A program made the translations under genes and the position numbers. A stretch of 44,306 nt of DNA, the filler included, from Sphacelaria rigidula (taxonomy: Eukaryota): NCBI GenBank assembly GCA_964200075.2. It is 2 parts of 2 records of this genome, joined end to end, with 100 filler letters (N's around TTAATTAATTAA, not from the genome) between each part and the next. Parts side by side here need not be neighbours in the genome. Positions count along the whole stretch, not along the records: positions 22,207 to 44,306 come from CAXNAA020000354.1; 1 more part is not named here. The stretch is one strand, 5' to 3'. Below, one piece after another: positions 38,801 to 44,306 of this stretch. The stretch's first letter is position 1. Every line of letters begins with the position of its first letter. The notes beneath the pieces are model-generated. The model worked only from the letters and a program-made list of their open reading frames with translations. It did not search any database and was not told the origin of the DNA.

Positions 38801-41800
38801 TGATCGACGAGATACAGATGGTTGATGACAGTCAGAGGGGGCAGCACTGGACCAATGTGAGCGTGTTTCCGTTCGTCTGTTGATCCCTCCGTCTGCTTGT
38901 CTCTTTATATGTCAGTCACGTCGATCTGTCTCCGTCGTGCATTGAACATCTGAGGCGTTCCTCTTCGCCGGACACCTGTAGACGAGAGGAGACGCTGTAA
39001 GCGGCGACCGATATAGTAGGTGGTGGTGGCGGCGTCCTAGTAGGTGTCAAGGGGGTGGTATTCCGCGTGTCTTCATTGTCAACTGATTTGTCTATGTGAT
39101 TGATTTGATCTATTGGCGATCGCACATCAACTGAGAGGGTGAGGAATCCGGCCATGGTACAAGATGGACATGATCAAGGTGGACAAATCGGAAATACTCC
39201 CCATATACAGGAAACTCGAGAAATGATAGTGATCATTTACTGTGTATGTACTATGTACTGTATGAAACGAAAACGGGCCATTGTGTGCAGATTTTTCCTG
39301 CTTATTTCGTCACACTTCTATCCTCTCCCCTTCCTCGAGGCGAGTCGGTGTGGCCTCGAGAGATCTATCTATCCCTCCACCGGTACATGCCTTGCATTTC
39401 TGGTGTCGCGGATTGGATCATAACCAACACTTCCGCACCGCGTCCACTCTCGTCAAACAAGCTGAATCAAGTGTCTTTGGTAAAATAAAACAACTCCGCA
39501 TCGTTAAACGCGTTTGATGCGGAAGAACAACACGCCACGGATTGAGAAGACGACACGACACGACGGGATATGACATGAACGGTACACTCGAGATTTCGGA
39601 GACTTGAACAATAATCGACCAAAACCAGTGACAGTAGTCTGAATTCAGCCGTTATTGTTATTTTCGTATATATGACGTGTGCTTCTTTTTCCGTTTTTGC
39701 ATCTGCTGCAGTACTGCAGACTGTATATAGCCAGCAAGAGTCAACACATGGTGCACGCGGGCATGAAGCCGCCTACTTTGATTTGCACACAGGACGGGCA
39801 TTTACTGTACATCAAATAGACGCGATACAAGCAACGGCCAACCGTTCCCCACTCATTGGTTCAGGTTGCTACATGCAGCTTGCTTTGGAGTTGCTGCTTG
39901 CTGTGCTGCAGCTCCGCCAGAATCATGCGGCATCGTGAATGCGCGTGTTGTAAATCCTTGAGCGTGATGCCGACGACATGAGAACGAAGGACCACGGGAG
40001 CACAAGCCAAATGGCCGGTGCTTTACCGGACTTTTGTGTTGCTTGTCCGTTTTTCTATTTCGATATATTGTTTTTCCCTTGTTCGAAAAACAATAATCCA
40101 AACCCCAACTCCAACCCCAACCCTATTATATTTTGTTATATTTATGTCATATTTATTATATGTAATTTTATACTTTTATTTTACACATGTACGTTATTTT
40201 GAAAAACACGTCCACCAGACCCTACCATTACGACAAATATTTATCAGCGCCCCATCGTCTCGAAAACATTATTGGAGTTCCCAAAGGGGCGTGATTGATA
40301 CGTACGTACGTAAGCGGTACAGCGTCCACTCTGACGGAGTGCACACTACATTTATCCTGTACCGTTGTAAGATTACCCTAATACTGTGAATATACATACA
40401 TACTACGACGGTACCGTTGTAAGGTTAAAATAGGAATTATGATACATCTGAACCAGGTACAATAGTATAAAGGTTGCTGTATTCTATTTTATTTTTTCTC
40501 ACACCCTAGAGGAAGACAATAGATGACGTTGTCAAGATATGTGTTCCGCGTGCAACATGGAATCGATTGCCTATTGCAATAGACTTAAATAGTCAATACT
40601 GTACGCAGTACACTTTTTGACAATGCGTTCTGTTGTCCAGCGGGGTGTACTCATGATCATGCATGCCACAGTCATAAGACCGTTGACCTCGCATCCCTTC
40701 AAAGCCGGGACGGAGCACGCCGGGTTTTCGCCGGACCAGGCTCGCACTCAATCACCAAGCGCGTTGTCCAGGGAGGGATTCTACCGGAGGGGTGAACTTT
40801 TTTAGTCCAGAAGCTTTCTGAGGCTGCACACCAAGTCGCAGATATTTGTCATCCAGAGGCTCCGATAGTGCAGAGCCTCGGGAAAAGATGGTGCACCCCT
40901 CCCGTAGAATCACAGGGTGTAATTTTTCCGTGTTTTGAGCGACAATGGTTCCCATACCAATCGCTCGTTATAAAAAACTCCCTTCATAACACCAATTGAA
41001 CAAGTTGTTTTACTTTCTTTTCGTTTATCTCAGGCACTGTTGGGGCTCAATTGCCCCGAGATACACGTGTGCGGCGGGCTGGAGGCGGCTGACCTCGTCC
41101 AATCCCTCTGCGAGAAGGTCAGTGGGGGCAGAGTGTCATTCCCCGTTAGAGTGTATGTTTGTGTAGGGCTGTTGCCCAGTACAAGGAGGTTCGTGAGGTG
41201 AGATGTAGTACGGTATACTATATTCCTTCAGTCGCATGTTGGTAGGGTAAAGCGTCGTCGAACTGCCGACATATTTATGAGTACTGAATAAATACGGACG
41301 CAACGAAGGAAATCCTGGGGATCTTTACACCGTATTGTCTCAAGCAACATGTCAACATTGCCATCTTCGGGCGACGATTTGGTTTGAAACCCCCGCCCTC
41401 CCCCCCCCGACGCGCGCGGTTATCCAAATGAAAGATAAGCAGTACGCTTCGGGTCGAACAGTCTCAGAAGCATGCAGCTCACCCTTCATGCGACTCGCCG
41501 AACACATCACGGCGCTTCGCTCTTGGTGATTGATTGCGAGCCTGGTCCGCGAAAACCCGGCGTGCTCCGTCCCGGCCTTGTAGAGATGCGAGGTCAATGG
41601 TCATATGAGTATGGCATACAAGATCATGAGTACACCCCCCTCTCGCGTGCGCACTACCGGGGGATGGCCCCAGATAGAAATCATACTCAAGGGGATAGCA
41701 TGATGGTTCCCGTTTTCTTTTATTGTGTCTTTGATACCCCCTTCTTCCTCAGGACGAGCCTGTAGTCTCAAGGAATGAGCCCATCTCTCCCCCGAGGTGT

Positions 41801-42696
41801 ACCTGACATGTTCGTCTGTATCGCGGGTTGGATCAGCACTCCCGCACCGCGTGCATCGACTCTTCATGTCTTTTTTTCTTCTTGGCAACTCACGTACGCC
41901 CTCCCGTTTTGAACTAGGGAAAGCAGATTCCGCTGAGGACGACCGCACTTATCTGTTAGAAGTCGAATCCGCAACCTTCCGACTCACGTGGCTTGTGTTG
42001 TACCAGTTAGATCAGCATTGATATATACGGAGTATATCTATATCCAGATATGAGAAACTGGAACATGACCCATTCTCATTTTGTTGCCAAGGCTAGTATC
42101 GGAAGGGCTACACAGGCATCACAGGCGTCAGAATTGTCCCGGCTCACTGCATACGCTGCAACATTGAACACAGACCCTTCCCCTTTCCTCGTGTTGTGAT
42201 TTGGGGGGGGGGGGGGGGGCGCGGGCTGCACCAAGAAGCACGCAGTCACGCTGGGGGGGCGCGGGAAGGGTGTGTTGAGACGNNNNNNNNNNCTCGAGCG
42301 CTAGGCGTTTGTCTGTGGGGGTGGGGGGGGGGGGGAGGGGGGGGCGGGGCGTGGTTCCAGTACTGAAATATACATGGCCTCTCTTGTGCTGCAGGTACTT
42401 TTTCGGTGCAAGGACATCGTCCGAGCTGTGGCAAAAAGGAAAAATATTGTTTTTTCGACCCTGTGTGTGTGAATAGTAGTAAGAGTAATGGTGTTTGATG
42501 GTTTGTGGGCTAATTTCATGATGACTGTTTAACAAAAATTGACCGTAAATGACGAATGGCCGTGTGCATATATGTACTGTATGTATGTACGCGGTACAGA
42601 TGGGCGATGATTTCGAGCTTCATGAGTACGCTCGCAAGACGCCGCTGGTGGCGGCCGAGGAGAGCTTGAAGGGGTCCTACGCCAAGGTCCAGCCAG
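29885..42696 (+). CDS. SUV3: Mitochondrial ATP-dependent RNA helicase SUV3 (3'-partial; continues beyond the window)
   Basis: Exons 29885-31780 (R/S/A-rich presequence-like start, then a long low-complexity region), [unresolved phase-shifting exon], 34704-34905, 36051-36190 ([23 protein letters not shown]), 36518-36654 (GPTNSGKT Walker [17 protein letters not shown] donor), 38677-38856 ([28 protein letters not shown]), 41034-41117 ([14 protein letters not shown]), 42600-42696 (YARKTPL...KVQPG; GC donor). These are canonical SUV3 motifs in order. Exon 1 ends in phase 0 and exon 34704 starts in phase 1, so the link needs an exon I could not place. Confidence 0.9.
32386..32834 (+). mobile_element. 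C-run-targeting non-autonomous retroposon, copy A (~449 bp, apparently full length)
   Basis: Colinear by eye with the reverse complement of 43376-44181 once the MITE there is removed. Ends ...GATCATGAGCACA followed by CCCACC. The TSD is weak (CACGCCTCTCA / CCCACCTCGGA, 7/11). Confidence 0.8.
35037..35333. repeat. Dispersed ~300-bp repeat (MITE-like), copy 2, opposite orientation
   Basis: Matches 22210-22517 in reverse complement. Confidence 0.75.
36634..36830 (+). repeat. Tandem duplication (106-bp period) spanning a SUV3 exon/intron junction
   Basis: GGCGCTGGAGGTGTACGAGCAGGCGAGA...GATTCAGTCAACGT at 36633 recurs as GGCGCTGGTGGTGTACGAGCAGGCAAGA...GATTCAGTCAACGT at 36739. Confidence 0.85.
38241..38500. 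mobile_element. Degenerate MITE (260 bp)
   Basis: Imperfect TIRs: GGGGTCTCACAAACGGG versus reverse complement of the right end GGGGTCTTATTAACGAG. The interior is AT-rich and the TSD is unclear. Confidence 0.5.
39301..39450 (-). mobile_element. SINE-like fragment (core plus 3' domain)
   Basis: The minus strand has ACGCGGTGCGGAAGTGTTGGTTATGATCCAATCCGCGACAC (39443-39403) followed by GACTCGCCTCGAGGAAGGGGAG, similar to the two other SINE-like copies. Confidence 0.5.
40646..40762 (-). mobile_element. C-run-targeting retroposon, copy B (5'-truncated, 117 bp)
   Basis: Matches the terminal 117 bp of copy A in reverse orientation. Flanked by GTTGTCCAGCGGGG (40632-40645) and GTTGTCCAGGGAGG (40763-40776). 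Confidence 0.85.
40777..40911. repeat. 135-bp foldback with 21-bp inverted arms (MITE-like)
   Basis: GATTCTACCGGAGGGGTGAAC (40777-40797) and GTGCACCCCTCCCGTAGAATC (40891-40911) are 19/21 complementary. Confidence 0.7.
41419..41634 (+). mobile_element. C-run-targeting retroposon, copy C (5'-truncated, 216 bp)
   Basis: Matches the 3' half of copy A and ends GATCATGAGTACA. Degenerate TSD CCCCCCCGACGCGCGCG (41402-41418) / CCCCCCTCTCGCGTGCG (41635-41651), 13/17. Confidence 0.85.
41715..42017 (-). mobile_element. tRNA-derived SINE-like element (same core and 3' domain as 43121-44258)
   Basis: The minus strand reads GCTGATCTAACTGGTAC...GGAAGGTTGCGGATTCGACTTC (A/B-box-like), then core ACGCGGTGCGGGAGTGCTGATCCAACCCGCGATAC (41852-41818), then GGGGGAGAGATGGGCTCATTCCTTGAGACTAC. 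Ends are approximate. Confidence 0.55.
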
Positions 42697-43697
42697 GCGA
42701 GTTCCGATGGATATATATCCCCGTTATTGGCGTAGAATGGTTGCTGTCGGCCACCCCAGAGGTCCGAAAACGGTTGATATCTGAGCATATACTACAGTGA
42801 TGCTTGTAGATTATTCATGCCGTTGTGGCTGCTGTACTTGTTTGCAGCTATTTCCTGTACTCTACTAAGCAACGTCAAAGGTGCACTCCCTGCTGTGTTG
42901 AAGGTACATAGTTCCCGTGGTACGCATGTCTACGTCGATCTATCACACAAGCCACGAACACATGTACTATCCATACATACACCATTATATATATATATAT
43001 ATGTATCTCTCCGCTAATCACTTTATTGTGGGCTACGAAGCTCGTTGTCCTCTCTATACGGACCCGGCCCGCTATCGAGGGACGTGCAGATGAAAACGTA
43101 GAGCTTGGTTCAAACTGCATGCCCCCCGGTGATACAGATTGAGATGGGTCGTCTTAAAACCGGTTCGCGCGACAGGGGGTTCGAAATCCCAGCATAAATA
43201 TTTATGTTTTATACGTTGTGCTTTTTAGCAGTGTGTGATATCCATCTTTGATTGACAACGTGAGCACGTGAGTCGCAAAGACAGTTTTTCTGAAGAAGGT
43301 CGACGTGACGCGGGAGTGGAGTGCTGATCCAAATCGCGATACTGTTTACCGAAATGACGGGCAAGCAACGGGGGGTGTACTCGTGATCTTGCATGCCATA
43401 GTCATAAGACCGATGAATTCGCATCCCTACAGAGTCGGGACGGACCAGGCCGGGTTTTCGTCGGACGAGGCTCGCAATCACCAAGCGCGAAGCGCCGTGA
43501 TGTGTTCGCCGAGTCGTATGAATGGTGAGCTGCATCCTGCTAAGATTGTTCGGCCCGAAGCGTTCCAAGTATCTTGCACGTGGATGACAGCCTCGAACGC
43601 GTTACTTCATTTTATGGTATCGCCACTGCCAGAGACAGCCATGGGTTACACTGCCTCATGGGTGTCTCACCATTCTAACACTACGTATTACGGTCGA

Positions 43698-44052
43698 GAC
43701 TTTTTACGATAGCCCCCCTCCCCCCCCCCAAACCAGCGGTGCTCCGTCTCGAAAGGGATGCGTGGTCAATGGTCACAGGACTAAGGCAAGCAACGAATTA
43801 TTACGCACCCCCTCCCCCCCCCAAAAAAAAACAGCCCAAAAGTGTCACGAAGAACATGGTCATACAGCGCCTGTTGTTCAGTTTCAGGCTGCATAAAGCA
43901 CCTCATATGGGCGACTTTGGCGAAAACGAACCCGATCCAAGCGTTCGAATGTCCAGCTGCTCGTTTTGTCCGACATTTTTCAGTTCGATTCACGTGTAGA
44001 TTTTGCCTCTCCAAACCAGCCACGTTTTGTGGAGAGGCTATGGTAAGAAGTG
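43698..44052. mobile_element. MITE (355 bp including nested copy E) with a 4-bp TCGA target duplication
   Basis: Left TIR GACTTTTTACGATAGCCCCCC versus the reverse complement of the right end, CACTTCTTACCATAGCCTCTCC. TCGA occurs at 43694-43697 and 44053-44056. The segment is absent from homologous copy A. Confidence 0.75.
43733..43807 (+). mobile_element. C-run-targeting retroposon, copy E (diverged subfamily, 5'-truncated, 75 bp)
   Basis: GTGCTCCGTCTCG..AGGGATGCGTGGTCAATGGTCAC resembles the family 3' end (GTGCTCCGTCCCG..GAGATGCGAGGTCAATGGTCAT). It ends TTACGCA. TSD CCCCCTCCCCCCCCC(C)AAA at 43714-43732 and 43808-43825. Confidence 0.65.
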
Positions 44053-44306
44053 TCGATCATCCCCTTCGCGCGGAGTTGAGGTTCTCGATCCCGCACAAGA
44101 TGATCTAACTCGACATCATCATAGTGACCGCAAAAAACACAAGTGAGAAAAAAACGGTAACCTGGTTGCCGAGCTTACGCAGCAAGTAACGGGGAAGAGA
44201 CGGCTTGATTCCCTGAGACTACGGAGCCGAAAGTGCGACAATATATATATATATATATACAAAGTTCCCCTCCGGGAGGCTGGTACGGGCCTCCCGGGGG
44301 TGCCGC

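Larger units (their letters stand above)
43376..44181 (-). mobile_element. C-run-targeting retroposon, copy D (full length, ~447 bp, interrupted by a MITE)
   Basis: 43376-43697 and 44053-44181 both match copy A. TSD GCAAGCAACGGGG (43361-43373) / GCAAGTAACGGGG (44182-44194). Confidence 0.85.
43121..44258 (+). mobile_element. tRNA-derived SINE-like element split by copy D
   Basis: tRNA-like head at 43121-43192 with B-box-like GGTTCGAAATCC. Shared core GAGTGCTGATCCAAATCGCGATAC at about 43319-43342. The 3' part GGGGAAGAGACGGCTTGATTCCCTGAGACTAC resumes at 44191 and ends in an (AT)n tail. The core and 3' part are adjacent in the 41.7-42.0 kb copy. Confidence 0.6.

Noticed and set aside
43121-43192. 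Functional tRNA gene
   Set aside because: There is no 3' acceptor-stem strand, the T-loop has an extra base, and it runs on into SINE-like sequence.
43376-44181. Solo-LTR reading of the retroposon family (TG...CA ends preceded by a G-run resembling a polypurine tract)
   Set aside because: TSDs are 13-18 bp and variable rather than 4-6 bp, truncated copies carry their own TSDs, and the G-run is part of the duplicated target.

Overview
Eukaryotic, intron-rich nuclear DNA. The splice style, a bipartite plastid presequence and repeat-rich introns suggest a brown alga (Phaeophyceae); this is an inference. Three spliced genes can be built with phase-consistent junctions. (1) A giant coiled-coil gene on the minus strand (321-19483, about 3,200 aa) with a centlein-like N-terminal motif. 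(2) A plastid-targeted DUF1295 / steroid 5-alpha-reductase-like membrane protein on the minus strand (29103 down to 22857; its 3' end was not found and may lie in the gap at 22107-22206). (3) Head-to-head with it, a mitochondrial SUV3 RNA helicase on the plus strand (29885 onward, running off the window), with a 632-codon first exon whose link to the helicase exons is unresolved. The introns hold many non-autonomous mobile elements. The most notable is a ~448-bp non-coding family with 5 copies. They share one fixed end, are variably truncated at the other, lack a poly(A) tail, and have target-site duplications that begin with a C-run. This suggests oligo(C)/oligo(G)-primed, C-run-targeted retrotransposition. 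One copy sits in a four-layer nested insertion at 43121-44258. All alignments were made by eye and no database searches were run.
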